A DNA stretch of 64,000 nt, taken from assembly GCA_964355655.1 (NCBI GenBank), contig CAYHDT010000003.1:15867-79866 (forward strand). The letters are read 5' to 3'. The notes beneath the pieces are model-generated. The model worked only from the letters and a program-made list of their open reading frames with translations, did not search any database and was not told where the DNA came from. Position numbers and translations under genes: made by a program. This DNA comes from an uncultured Candidatus Saccharibacteria bacterium (GTDB lineage: Bacteria; Patescibacteriota; Minisyncoccia; Phycocordibacterales; SBAW01). Shown one piece after another: positions 36,852-46,209 of this stretch; position 1 is the first letter of the stretch; each line of letters opens with the position of its first letter.

Positions 36852-38276
36852 TCAACGAATCTGCCGCGCTGCTACAACATAGGAGTCTACCCTGCCTACA
36901 ACCGCATAGCGCATAAATAAAGTGTCGTGGTGGGCGTTAAAAAAATCTTCCGGGGTTAAGATTTTTTGCACCGTGCCTGAGAGTACAAGATATTTATACT
37001 CTTCGCCAATACGAATTGAGGGTGTTATTTCTACATACTGATACACCGGGTGCTCCCCCGTAAAAGTCATGACTTCAGGCGCTTGGTACACAAAAATCTC
37101 TTCTCCTACAGGCAAGGACGCAAAATAGCGCTCAAGTGTTTCCGTACGGGTTGAATTGTAGTGTACTGCCACCCAAGAGCGAGTGGTCGTTTCGTAAGCC
37201 TGAAACACAATGAGCGCGCATATACCGACGATAACTGCCTGCGACAATAATCGGGAACGCCGTCCAAGAAGATACCACAAAGACTGAGGGAGATAGAGCA
37301 GCGCAAATACTTGTCCCGGAAAAAAATACCGATAATACCCGGCCGTACGCATATACGCCAAAAGAATCAGTATGGAAAAAAATAGGAGGGCCTCTTCGGT
37401 GAGCGAAACTGTTTCATGTTTCAGCCTCCGTAGCCCATAACTAAGAGCCCAGAGCGCTAGCGCCAAGAGAAAATACAAGGGCTGCAGTTCGAAAAACAGT
37501 CTTTTTACATTAGCGGCTATCGCGCTCCCGATATTAAGATCATGGGGATTTGCATAGACCGCAAATAGGTTTGCAAGTGGCATATGATCAAATTGAAAGA
37601 ACGCCCAAACCAATAAAGGGGCTAAAACCCCGGCTACACCGAAGAGGAACGACTTTTTAAGTTTAAGTTCCCGGTGCCTCAACAAGAGCGCCAGCAACAA
37701 TGCCGGCAAGAAAAGAATAAATATCGGTTTTGCAGCAACGGCAAGGCCGGCGCACATTCCCACCAGCAAAGCCTTGTTCCGAGTGAGCGCCCCGACCCCC
37801 AAGAGAGGAATGAGCGCGAGCAATATAAATAAGAGTCCTGGAACCTCACCCAGCACGTTGCGCCCATTGCCGTAGATCGGAGCAAAAAATACAAGAAGGA
37901 AGAAAGCCAGCCACGCGGAAGTCGTCCCCAAAGCTTTGCGCGCATAAAACCAAAGTGCAATATAAAATGAAAGTAGAAATGCGAGCATCACAAGACGTGC
38001 CGCTTCGATCGATACTCCAAAGACTGCAAATACGCCGGCAAGCGGCAAGGTTATTGGAGCCCCTGTGCTGATATACCCCAACGGTTCGTATACGCCCGGG
38101 GCAACCGGGAGTGATACTTTTCCCGTCTCAAGCAAGCCTTGCGCGGACTGGATAATGAGCCCTTCGTCCATCCATGTTTCCGGACTTTCAAACAACCGAT
38201 ACGATGAAAAAAATACCACCAGCGCGAACGCCGCGGCTATAAGAATACACTCAACAAAACTAAGATGGTTTGTCAT
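36852..38276 (-). CDS. GT-C fold integral membrane glycosyltransferase (GT39/GT83/Gtr-type)
   Basis: 474 aa, >10 TM; DE motif (WMDEGLII) in first extracytoplasmic loop; completes GtrA/GtrB/GtrC-like triad. Confidence 0.55.
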   Translation of the reverse strand: MTNHLSFVECILIAAAFALVVFFSSYRLFESPETWMDEGLIIQSAQGLLETGKVSLPVAPGVYEPLGYISTGAPITLPLAGVFAVFGVSIEAARLVMLAFLLSFYIALWFYARKALGTTSAWLAFFLLVFFAPIYGNGRNVLGEVPGLLFILLALIPLLGVGALTRNKALLVGMCAGLAVAAKPIFILFLPALLLALLLRHRELKLKKSFLFGVAGVLAPLLVWAFFQFDHMPLANLFAVYANPHDLNIGSAIAANVKRLFFELQPLYFLLALALWALSYGLRRLKHETVSLTEEALLFFSILILLAYMRTAGYYRYFFPGQVFALLYLPQSLWYLLGRRSRLLSQAVIVGICALIVFQAYETTTRSWVAVHYNSTRTETLERYFASLPVGEEIFVYQAPEVMTFTGEHPVYQYVEITPSIRIGEEYKYLVLSGTVQKILTPEDFFNAHHDTLFMRYAVVGRVDSYVVAARQIR

Positions 38277-38281
38277 ATGTT

Positions 38282-39079
38282 TTACCAGCTGCGGACGCGG
38301 CTAAGCGATGTCAGTATAGCCTCCCATTGATACCACAGCCTCGCCAGCTCAAAGCGCGCGGGCAGGCGCGTACTGTTAGGATAAAAAATTATATTCCGCG
38401 CAAACCGCGCCACGTAGAGTCCGGCGACCGCCGACTCCCGGAGCGCGCCCACTATCCATTGGCGAAGAGTCAACACCGGACTGCGCAAGCCTTCGACCTC
38501 CAAATAGCCGCGCCATTTACGCTTCATATCAGCGACGCTGTCTTCCATAGGTACCAGCAAATATGCCGCGAGCTCTTTGACCGGAGTGCCCGGCAATAAC
38601 TCAATGCGCTCATGCACCGCTTTTATAAATGAAGCGGCCGTCCGACGATTAAAAAAACGCATCTGCCGGTTGGGGTACGTAACTGCCCGGTCGACCACTT
38701 TGCCGCGATATACATATTTTCGCGGGACCCAGTATGCCGCCGGCTTATCCGCCGCGACCGCCGCGCACAGCTCCTTTGCCAATGCGGGGCTTACGTATTC
38801 ATCCGAATCTAAAAAGAAAAACCAGGCATGCGAAGCGGCGGCAAGCGTCTGATTGCGCACGCCGGCGAAATTTTGTATGCGCCCGTCCTCGGCAAGAAAA
38901 TTTTTGTCCTGACCGATTACCCGCGCGCCAAAAGACTCGGCAATCGCGAGGGTGCGGTCGGTCGAGCCGCCGTCGCATATAAGTAGTTCGTCAAAATTCT
39001 TGACGCTCTCAAGCGCGCGCGCAAGCGTCGCTTCCGAATTGCGCGTCAACACAGCGACAGTGCAGGGAATGTTACGAGA
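38282..39079 (-). CDS. Glycosyltransferase family 2
   Basis: CTVAVLTRNSE...CDGGSTD GT2 motif. Confidence 0.6.
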   Translation of the reverse strand, partial: SRNIPCTVAVLTRNSEATLARALESVKNFDELLICDGGSTDRTLAIAESFGARVIGQDKNFLAEDGRIQNFAGVRNQTLAAASHAWFFFLDSDEYVSPALAKELCAAVAADKPAAYWVPRKYVYRGKVVDRAVTYPNRQMRFFNRRTAASFIKAVHERIELLPGTPVKELAAYLLVPMEDSVADMKRKWRGYLEVEGLRSPVLTLRQWIVGALRESAVAGLYVARFARNIIFYPNSTRLPARFELARLWYQWEAILTSLSRVRSW

Positions 39080-40085
39080 CATACGCAATAAGGCGCGGTA
39101 TAAGCGTCGAGAGCGAGTGTTGCTCGCGGACATAGTGCATGAGAGGCGCCGGGTCTACCTGCTGCGCTTTTAGAAGAGCCTCGGCGATATGTTGTGGGGT
39201 ATCCTCGCCCACATACACTCCATACGGAGACAATACCTGGCGGAAGGCATCGTTGGTAGTGACGGGTACGACACCGCAGGATGCCGCTTCAAGCACCGCC
39301 CTATCAACACTGCCGGTTTGGCTCAGGTTAAGGAAGACCGATGCGCGGACAAGAGTTTCGGGCATGCGCGCGTAGGGCACCGGACCGATACAATGTACCG
39401 CGGACGCATACGGCCGGCGCAGTATTTCCTCTTCAATCTCCTTTAAATACCGTTCGTCTTCCGGGAAAATAGGCGCGCCGGCAATCGTAAAGTCAAAATC
39501 AATTCCTCGGGCCGCCAGCACGTCGAGCGCAGAGAGCATCTCCCGAAGACGCTTGGTCGGAGATATACGGCCTGCGGTAACGACGCGCAGCTGCGCGGGC
39601 CGTACCCCGGGTACAAATAATCCCGTATCAATGCCGTGGCCCGTAACGCGCACCTTAGGGCTCGAGATTCTAAAACTTTCTTTAGACGCAGTAAAAATAA
39701 TATTTGCAAACCGGACAGCCAGGCGCAGCTTGAGCGTGACGCTCTTGTGCGTGTACCACAACCCGATACGTTTGCCCCACAGACGCCACAGCAATCCGCC
39801 AAGCACGACGTACTCCGGATTCATATGCACAAACACGGCGTCGTGCTCGTGCCGGACCCGTATGAGGTGCCGCAGGATGCGCACCCAGCGCATGGGGCGC
39901 GACACGCCGCGCTCTTTGCCGGCGGACCACACTGTTACATTAGGAGGCAGGGTATGCGCACCCTCCTCAAGACAGACGACGCTGACCGACTCGCAGTGTT
40001 TGGCAAACTCCTCAAGCCACCGGTGGAAGGACCCGAGATTTGAATGATTTTTATCAACCGCCTGGGTGCAAATCAACAATTTCAT
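39072..40085 (-). CDS. Glycosyltransferase family 1
   Basis: GT-B; C-terminal E-x7-E region (AASCGVVPVTTNDAFRQVL). Confidence 0.6.
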   Translation of the reverse strand: MKLLICTQAVDKNHSNLGSFHRWLEEFAKHCESVSVVCLEEGAHTLPPNVTVWSAGKERGVSRPMRWVRILRHLIRVRHEHDAVFVHMNPEYVVLGGLLWRLWGKRIGLWYTHKSVTLKLRLAVRFANIIFTASKESFRISSPKVRVTGHGIDTGLFVPGVRPAQLRVVTAGRISPTKRLREMLSALDVLAARGIDFDFTIAGAPIFPEDERYLKEIEEEILRRPYASAVHCIGPVPYARMPETLVRASVFLNLSQTGSVDRAVLEAASCGVVPVTTNDAFRQVLSPYGVYVGEDTPQHIAEALLKAQQVDPAPLMHYVREQHSLSTLIPRLIAYVS

Positions 40086-40975
40086 ACTTTAATCTTACCG
40101 TACACTGCCTCGAGCAGATCGAGGTCTTTACCGCTTGCGCGCAAAAGGCCGCTGTTTTTTGCCTCCAGAGCGCGGAGCATCAAAACTCCCTCCGCGTCTT
40201 TCGGCAGCAGGGTTTCGTACAGTATGCGCAACGCCGCAAAGTCTTTAATAAGACAGTGCCCTCCGGCACCGCGGCCCGCCAGTGCCCCATCGTGCCCGCT
40301 GCGATCAACTGCCGAAAGGTGCGAGGAGCCTATGCGCGGGTCGGCGCCGACCGCCGCGCGCACAACTTCAAAGTCCGCGCCGAGCGAATGCGCCAGATCA
40401 AAAAAAAGGTTGGCATACAGGAGCTTACAATACAGAAAGACGTTACCGGCGTATTTAATGAGCTCGGTTTCGTCCGAATCTGCAACCAGTTCGTACGGGG
40501 CTTTTGGCAATACCGCGAGCACCGACCGCGCTTTTTCTTTATACTCCTCGGTCATGGTCGGGACGCCTATAATGTTGCGGTTGGGCTCGGCGGCGTCGCG
40601 TGCGGCGGTTTTTTCGGACAAAAATTCGGGAGAGTGCAATACGAAGATATCCGGAAAATCCTTTTGCAGGCGCTTGACCGTGCCCGGCACCGTCGTCGAT
40701 TTAATGACAGCTGTCTTCCCTTCTTTGACGAGCGGCAACACGCCGCGCAAAATACTGTCGTCAAACCCTTCCGGAGTCGTCGGCGTCGGCACCGCTATAA
40801 ACACAATGTCGCACTCTTTTATTTTTTCCTTATTCCCCCGGTACGGTTCTTCAAGCGAGTAGCGCGTAACGGAAAAACCGCGGCGCTCGAAGTCGTCCGC
40901 GTAATTTTTGCCGATGAAACCTTGTCCTATAAATCCGATGGTCATACGAGAGTTCCCTTCCATTGTGTAACCCAC
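40082..40975 (-). CDS. UDP-glucose/GDP-mannose dehydrogenase family protein, short form lacking the C-terminal UDP-binding domain
   Basis: 297 aa; IGFIGQGFIG NAD motif, SPEFLSEKTAARD (NPEFLREG-like), catalytic Cys motif GAGGHCLIKD; ends about 65 aa after catalytic Cys. Confidence 0.55.
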   Translation of the reverse strand: MGYTMEGNSRMTIGFIGQGFIGKNYADDFERRGFSVTRYSLEEPYRGNKEKIKECDIVFIAVPTPTTPEGFDDSILRGVLPLVKEGKTAVIKSTTVPGTVKRLQKDFPDIFVLHSPEFLSEKTAARDAAEPNRNIIGVPTMTEEYKEKARSVLAVLPKAPYELVADSDETELIKYAGNVFLYCKLLYANLFFDLAHSLGADFEVVRAAVGADPRIGSSHLSAVDRSGHDGALAGRGAGGHCLIKDFAALRILYETLLPKDAEGVLMLRALEAKNSGLLRASGKDLDLLEAVYGKIKV

Positions 40976-41850
40976 GAAGCAGCGTCGAGTAACGGCAACC
41001 TGAGTTCGCCGCGCGCGCCGGTGCGCAGAACCTCGGTTACGGCTAACCCCAGGTCCGACCGCGGCATCACTATCGCTCCCGCTTCGCGCGCAATACCGAC
41101 GTCGGGAGCGACCACGGGCACGCCCGCGGCGAGCGCCTCTACTATGCTCGCCCCCCAGCTTTCGTGTTTAGAAGTGCACAACACCACATCGGCTGTTTGC
41201 AGGTAGGGCGCCGGGTCAACCCAACCGGGGAATTCCACCCGCAAGCCGGCCGCATGGACCCTCGCCTTAAGACTTTGCTCAAGATTCCCCGCTCCGAGCA
41301 TAATCAGTTTGGCATCGGGCAGGAAACTTTGCACTGCTTGGAGAACCGAGAGCGCAAGCGCGGGATCCTTTTCTGCTTCAAATCTTCCAATCCACAAAAT
41401 TGTTTTATCCAGTAAGTCAGACTTACTGGAGTTACGGACGATGGAGCGGAATCGGCTCAACTCAATAAACACAGGGAGCACATGAATGGGCGCTTTGACT
41501 CCCATGGCTTCAGCCTGTTTTTTTATTTTTTCTGATACGACCCTGACGGAGTCGGCTTTGCGCAAGATTATTTGTGCAAGAATACGCTTCCACCAAGGCA
41601 GTGCCCACAAGTCCATATGAACTTGCACATTAAGCCGCGCTCCTATTTTTTTTGCTGCGCGGCGCGCAAATGCGCCGCGCAGCAGGGGGTCTTGGGCGGT
41701 TACTACGTCAAACGACCCCTCGGGAATTGCGGGCCACCAGCTCCCGGGGCCCATAAAAACAATCACGAGCTTTGCGACTGCGGCAGCCTGCAGGGCCGCG
41801 CGCGGACTCGCGGAAAAATTCCTGTCTCCGGTAATCATCAGGACTCTCAT
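40942..41850 (-). CDS. Glycosyltransferase family 1
   Basis: GT-B C-domain pattern. Confidence 0.55.
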   Translation of the reverse strand: MRVLMITGDRNFSASPRAALQAAAVAKLVIVFMGPGSWWPAIPEGSFDVVTAQDPLLRGAFARRAAKKIGARLNVQVHMDLWALPWWKRILAQIILRKADSVRVVSEKIKKQAEAMGVKAPIHVLPVFIELSRFRSIVRNSSKSDLLDKTILWIGRFEAEKDPALALSVLQAVQSFLPDAKLIMLGAGNLEQSLKARVHAAGLRVEFPGWVDPAPYLQTADVVLCTSKHESWGASIVEALAAGVPVVAPDVGIAREAGAIVMPRSDLGLAVTEVLRTGARGELRLPLLDAASWVTQWKGTLV

Positions 41851-42848
41851 AGGATTTTTAGCAGCTCCGCGAGTTTGGCAATAGTAGTGTCGATAGAAAA
41901 TTCTTTTGTCTTGGCGCGGGCGGATTGCGCGCGAGCCAGCGCCGACGCTTTATCCTGCTCAACCGCCTTCAGGGCCGCGTAGAGCGCCTCGTCATCCCCC
42001 GGGGGTATCAGAAGACCGTCGATGGTATCCTCGATAAGTTCCGGGTTGCCTCCCGCGCGAGTGGCAACAATGGGCGTGCCCAACGCCATAGCCTCTATAA
42101 GCGCGTGGGAAAGGCCTTCGTAGGTGGAGTTGAGCACAAACACATCGGCGGTTTTGACCCAACCGAGCGCTTGCGCGCGGGGCAGATTTTCTGCAAGAAA
42201 GAAACTCCATCCTTCCTCTTTTGCGACAACTCTGGCTATTCCGTCAAAACCCTTCCAAGGTACATTGCGGCCGGAACTCACTATCAAAAATCCTTCCGGC
42301 CGGCCGGCCGGTAACTCACAAGCAGGTGCAAGATTTATGCCGTTATAAATCAGCACCGGACGGACTCCCCAGCCCGACACAATGTTGTACATATATTTAC
42401 TGGGGACGATTATTTTTGTCGCGCGGCGCACAACAAAGTTTTGTATCGCACGCAAAATACCGACTCGCAGACCGTATGATTTTTTTTGAAACTCATCAAG
42501 CTCGTCGCGCACACCAAAGCGAGCCCGCCCCTGCTCCCACGCATAGTCGCCGGGCACGCGCGCGACAAACTTAGTGTTGGTAAGCATAGCGGCCAGCACT
42601 GCGGGAAAACCAACCGATACGGTGTCCTGCGCAAACACCACATCCGCCTTGCGCGCCATCGCGACGCACTTAAAAAAATAGGCCCCGTGCCGCAACACTT
42701 TAGGCAAGTGCCTTACCCGGCTAAACGGCAACACAAACACCTCAAACCCGAGCGCGGGAAGACGCTCCTCCATTAGTTTGGTATGGGTGGCCGGCCCTCC
42801 GCTCTCCGGAGGGTACAATCCTGTCGCAATTAAAACTCTCATAGCCAA
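41847..42848 (-). CDS. Glycosyltransferase family 4/1
   Basis: MAMRVLIATGLYPPESGGPATH N-terminal GT4-like; C-terminal Glycos_transf_1. Confidence 0.65.
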   Translation of the reverse strand: MAMRVLIATGLYPPESGGPATHTKLMEERLPALGFEVFVLPFSRVRHLPKVLRHGAYFFKCVAMARKADVVFAQDTVSVGFPAVLAAMLTNTKFVARVPGDYAWEQGRARFGVRDELDEFQKKSYGLRVGILRAIQNFVVRRATKIIVPSKYMYNIVSGWGVRPVLIYNGINLAPACELPAGRPEGFLIVSSGRNVPWKGFDGIARVVAKEEGWSFFLAENLPRAQALGWVKTADVFVLNSTYEGLSHALIEAMALGTPIVATRAGGNPELIEDTIDGLLIPPGDDEALYAALKAVEQDKASALARAQSARAKTKEFSIDTTIAKLAELLKIL

Positions 42849-42931
42849 GACACGGTCATATCGAAATGGTAACCTCTTTAAAACCTTTATGCTATGCCGT
42901 ACGTTACAGTACTCATGCTAGACTGCACCCT

Positions 42932-43477
42932 ATGAAAATCGTCCTGGCTACCCCGCTGTATCCTCCGGACATAGCCCCGCCCGCCCCCTACGCTAAAGAG
43001 CTGGCTAAACGCCTTGCCGACCGGCACGAGGTGGTGGTAGTTGCCTACGGACGCCTGCCCGAGCGCGTGGAAGGGGTACGGATTGCGGCCGTAGACAAGC
43101 GCCGACCCTTGCCATTGCGCCTGGTGCAGTATTTCTTTGCGCTTCGGAGCGCGGCAAAAAATGCCGATGTTTTATATATCCAAAACGGCCCATCAGTAGA
43201 GCTGCCCGCGGGGCTCCTTGCATACTTAACCGGCATACCGCTCGTGATGCATATTGCCGATCTGTCCGCCCACCGACACGCGGAAAGTAGTTTCTGGCTC
43301 TCGCGCATAGAGCGTTTTGCCCTGCGGCGCGCACAGGCAACACTTACCGACTCGCCGCTGCCGCGGCCGGAAATTCTGCCGTTTGAGCCCCGTCCGACAG
43401 AGGCGCTTGCCGCGTACGAAGCGTCGTGGGTTGCCCATCTGCAAAAACTTGAGGACGCTTTAAACCATGCACGCTAA
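42932..43477 (+). CDS. Stand-alone GT4-like N-terminal domain protein (half glycosyltransferase)
   Basis: MKIVLATPLYPPDIAPPAPYAKELAKRL GT4 N-domain; no C-terminal catalytic domain before stop. Confidence 0.4.
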   Translation: MKIVLATPLYPPDIAPPAPYAKELAKRLADRHEVVVVAYGRLPERVEGVRIAAVDKRRPLPLRLVQYFFALRSAAKNADVLYIQNGPSVELPAGLLAYLTGIPLVMHIADLSAHRHAESSFWLSRIERFALRRAQATLTDSPLPRPEILPFEPRPTEALAAYEASWVAHLQKLEDALNHAR

Positions 43478-44531
43478 AGACCCTAAACAAACATGGGAGG
43501 AATATCGCGCGGAAGAGTTAGCCGCGATTGCTCCGCTGCTTGAGCGGCTGGGTTTTACGCTCGATGAGCGCCAAAAACATCTCGGCGGCGAGCGGTACCT
43601 TATGAGGGCCGTTACCACCACGAGCGGGCAGAAGCTTATTTTGACCGGTCGTCGCGCGAGCGACGGGATGCGGGTTGTTATCAAAGCCACGCGCGACACT
43701 GCGGGCGCGGCAGAGCTGCAACACGAGCGCGTCTGCCGGCGCATTTTGCAGGAAATCAATTTTGCCTACGACACCTTCCACTCTCCGGAGGAAATACTTT
43801 TTACCGTCCAAGATGGCTTTACCATTTCGGTGCAAGCGTTTGTGGAGCAGGAGCGGCCGTTTTTGGAACGGCCGCTCAAAGAGCAGTTCGCCTTTGCGCT
43901 CCGCGCGTTCAAGGCGCAGGAAAGTGCGCATGCCTCTACATACAATCATCTCCGGCTCGTGCAAAAAACCTTCGACACCAAAGATGCCGCCGGATATCTG
44001 CGTATGTTTACGAGTTTCGGCGCGTCCGCTGAGGCAGGACAATTTCTCGAAACACACAAAGAAACCATCGAACAGTACTGCGGTTTTTTAACCCATACTG
44101 ACTTTGTGCCGCACAACTTCCGCATTGCCGGCGACACCATGTATCTGCTCGACCACTCGAGTTTGCGCTTCGGCAACAAATACGAGGGTTGGGCGCGCTT
44201 TCTTAACTTTATGGCGCTTTACAATCCGGCACTCGAGGCCGCTTTAGTACAGTATGTGGCTGACAACCGCACCCCCGAAGAATCACTTTCTTTGCGACTC
44301 ATGCGCGTCTACCGGCTGGGCGAAATTATCTGGTACTACAAAAACACGCTCTTGAAGTCGTCGGGCAACCTGCTACAACTCAACCAAGCGCGTGTCGACT
44401 TTTGGTCGCAAGTGCTGGACAGCCAGCTGAGCGCCCGCCTGCTTGCCGATGAGGTGCGCGCCTCTTATATAAAAACCCGCGACGCTCTGCGCAGCGACGA
44501 CGAAAAAGAGCGTCAAGTGGACCTGCACTAA
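43467..44531 (+). CDS. Protein kinase-like fold phosphotransferase (APH/WaaP-like; putative sugar/glycan kinase)
   Basis: 354 aa; HTDFVPHN catalytic-loop-like HxDxxxxN and downstream LLDHSS (DFG-equivalent). Confidence 0.4.
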   Translation: MHAKDPKQTWEEYRAEELAAIAPLLERLGFTLDERQKHLGGERYLMRAVTTTSGQKLILTGRRASDGMRVVIKATRDTAGAAELQHERVCRRILQEINFAYDTFHSPEEILFTVQDGFTISVQAFVEQERPFLERPLKEQFAFALRAFKAQESAHASTYNHLRLVQKTFDTKDAAGYLRMFTSFGASAEAGQFLETHKETIEQYCGFLTHTDFVPHNFRIAGDTMYLLDHSSLRFGNKYEGWARFLNFMALYNPALEAALVQYVADNRTPEESLSLRLMRVYRLGEIIWYYKNTLLKSSGNLLQLNQARVDFWSQVLDSQLSARLLADEVRASYIKTRDALRSDDEKERQVDLH

Positions 44532-45070
44532 GCTTCTTTAAGCTCCTGCATCTGCGACACAAGCCCGGCGTACTCGTCTACTAGCGGGTGCTGCCAGGAC
44601 TCCTTGAGCCTTGTAAGCACAGACTCCTCAAACCACATTTTTTTAGCCTTGCCGCGGTTAAAGTGCTTCCACACCGCGGGACCCTCGGCGGCATAGGCCG
44701 CCAGAAGCGAGCGCGCATTATGTATTTTGTCGGCGACCGATATCGCCTTGGCGCCCTCGGGCGCCTGTCGCACCGACTCTATATAGGCCAGGCGGGCTTC
44801 CTCCCACGACAACGTTTTGTCGTAACTCACTGCTTTAACCAACGCGAGTACCTCGGGCCCGAGTTCTGCGAGCAGTTCCTCCTCCGTTATTTTTGTATCC
44901 TCCAACACATCATGCACGTACGCCGCGGCAACCACCGTCTCGGAAAAGCCGTGCTTGCGCAGCATGTCCGCCACCGCTGCAGGATGGATGATGTAGGGCG
45001 GCCCATCTTTGCGTAGCTGGCCTTCATGCGCCCGCGCGGCAAGTTGTAATGCTTTTTCTTCCAGAGTCAT
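44528..45070 (-). CDS. HD domain phosphohydrolase
   Basis: IIHPAAVADML...YVHDVLEDT H..HD...D motif. Confidence 0.55.
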   Translation of the reverse strand: MTLEEKALQLAARAHEGQLRKDGPPYIIHPAAVADMLRKHGFSETVVAAAYVHDVLEDTKITEEELLAELGPEVLALVKAVSYDKTLSWEEARLAYIESVRQAPEGAKAISVADKIHNARSLLAAYAAEGPAVWKHFNRGKAKKMWFEESVLTRLKESWQHPLVDEYAGLVSQMQELKEA

Positions 45071-46209
45071 AGTACTTTTTCGAACACGCGCTCGCGCATC
45101 TGCACGGCTATCTTGTCCCAATCATACTTCTCCACCACCATAGCCCTGGCGACCTCAGTCACCTTTCGCACCTTCTCCGGATTCGCGAGGATGTCTTTTA
45201 CTGCCGCCGCAATTTGCTCGGGCGAGTCTACATCGACCACCCACGCGGTTTTGCCGTCAAAAATAAATTCCGCCAGACCGCCTTCGGTGGTCGCCACCAC
45301 CGGCAAGCGCGACGCCATTGCCGAGAGGAAGGCGTTGCCCAGCCCCTCCGAGCGGCTGGGCGCCGCAAAAATGTCGCTGACCTTGCGGTACAACGTTACC
45401 TCGTCGCGCATTACTTGGCCGGTAAACACAACTCTATCCTCAAGTTTGAGTACTTTAACTAAATTCTTAAGCATCGTCTCATCCGAGCCGCCGCCCACTA
45501 TCAAAAATTTAATATTCACGGGCAACAACAGTAACGCCCGGATAACATCATCTTGCGCTTTTTGATACTCGAGACGCGCGGTATTAACCAAATACACATC
45601 GCCCTCCTTTTTGCCGAGCTTTTTTTTAAGCGCTTCGACTGCCGCAGGGTCCGAACTTTCGGCAAGATCGCGCGGGTTGGCACCGTTGTATATTATTTCA
45701 ATCGGACCCTTGTAGCCGCGCCGTTTCGGCCAAGTCGCCAAGTGTCCTGATATTGCCTGCACCATACTTGTGGTGCAAAAACCGCGGTCAATCAGAGGCA
45801 AAAGAGGCAGTATGCGCAACCGGCCGAACACCTTTTTGTACGGGTCGCCGTCCTGCAGGGTCAGCATGTGCGGTGCGCGGACGCCCAAAAACTTAGCCAA
45901 TACGACGGGCAGGAGCATGTATGTCATCATGGCCCACAGCGCGTCAAAGCGATGCCGCCGGTTAAGAGAGCGGGCTTTAAGCGCCGCGAGCAGAGGAAAG
46001 AGGATTTTAGCAAAGTAGGAGTCGCCGCCCACTCGGTGCACTAGCACGTTGCCTACCTTTTCTGTTGCCGCATCCGCCGCGTCAAATCGCAGTGTCACCA
46101 TATGAAACTCAATGCCGCTGACGCGGTCGGTAATCTCTTTAACCGCGGCCTCCGCGCCGCTGACGTGGCGCGGGTAGTAAGCGAGGGAAAATATAAGTAT
46201 CTTTTTCAC
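45067..46209 (-). CDS. Glycosyltransferase family 1/4
   Basis: GT-B; start uncertain (GTG at about 46209 avoids overlap with downstream gene). Confidence 0.55.
   Translation of the reverse strand: MKKILIFSLAYYPRHVSGAEAAVKEITDRVSGIEFHMVTLRFDAADAATEKVGNVLVHRVGGDSYFAKILFPLLAALKARSLNRRHRFDALWAMMTYMLLPVVLAKFLGVRAPHMLTLQDGDPYKKVFGRLRILPLLPLIDRGFCTTSMVQAISGHLATWPKRRGYKGPIEIIYNGANPRDLAESSDPAAVEALKKKLGKKEGDVYLVNTARLEYQKAQDDVIRALLLLPVNIKFLIVGGGSDETMLKNLVKVLKLEDRVVFTGQVMRDEVTLYRKVSDIFAAPSRSEGLGNAFLSAMASRLPVVATTEGGLAEFIFDGKTAWVVDVDSPEQIAAAVKDILANPEKVRKVTEVARAMVVEKYDWDKIAVQMRERVFEKVL

Noticed and set aside
40040-41206. 388 aa and 272 aa plus-strand ORFs antisense to GT1/UGDH genes
   Set aside because: Shadow ORFs in high-GC DNA; Arg/Ser/Ala-rich, no domains
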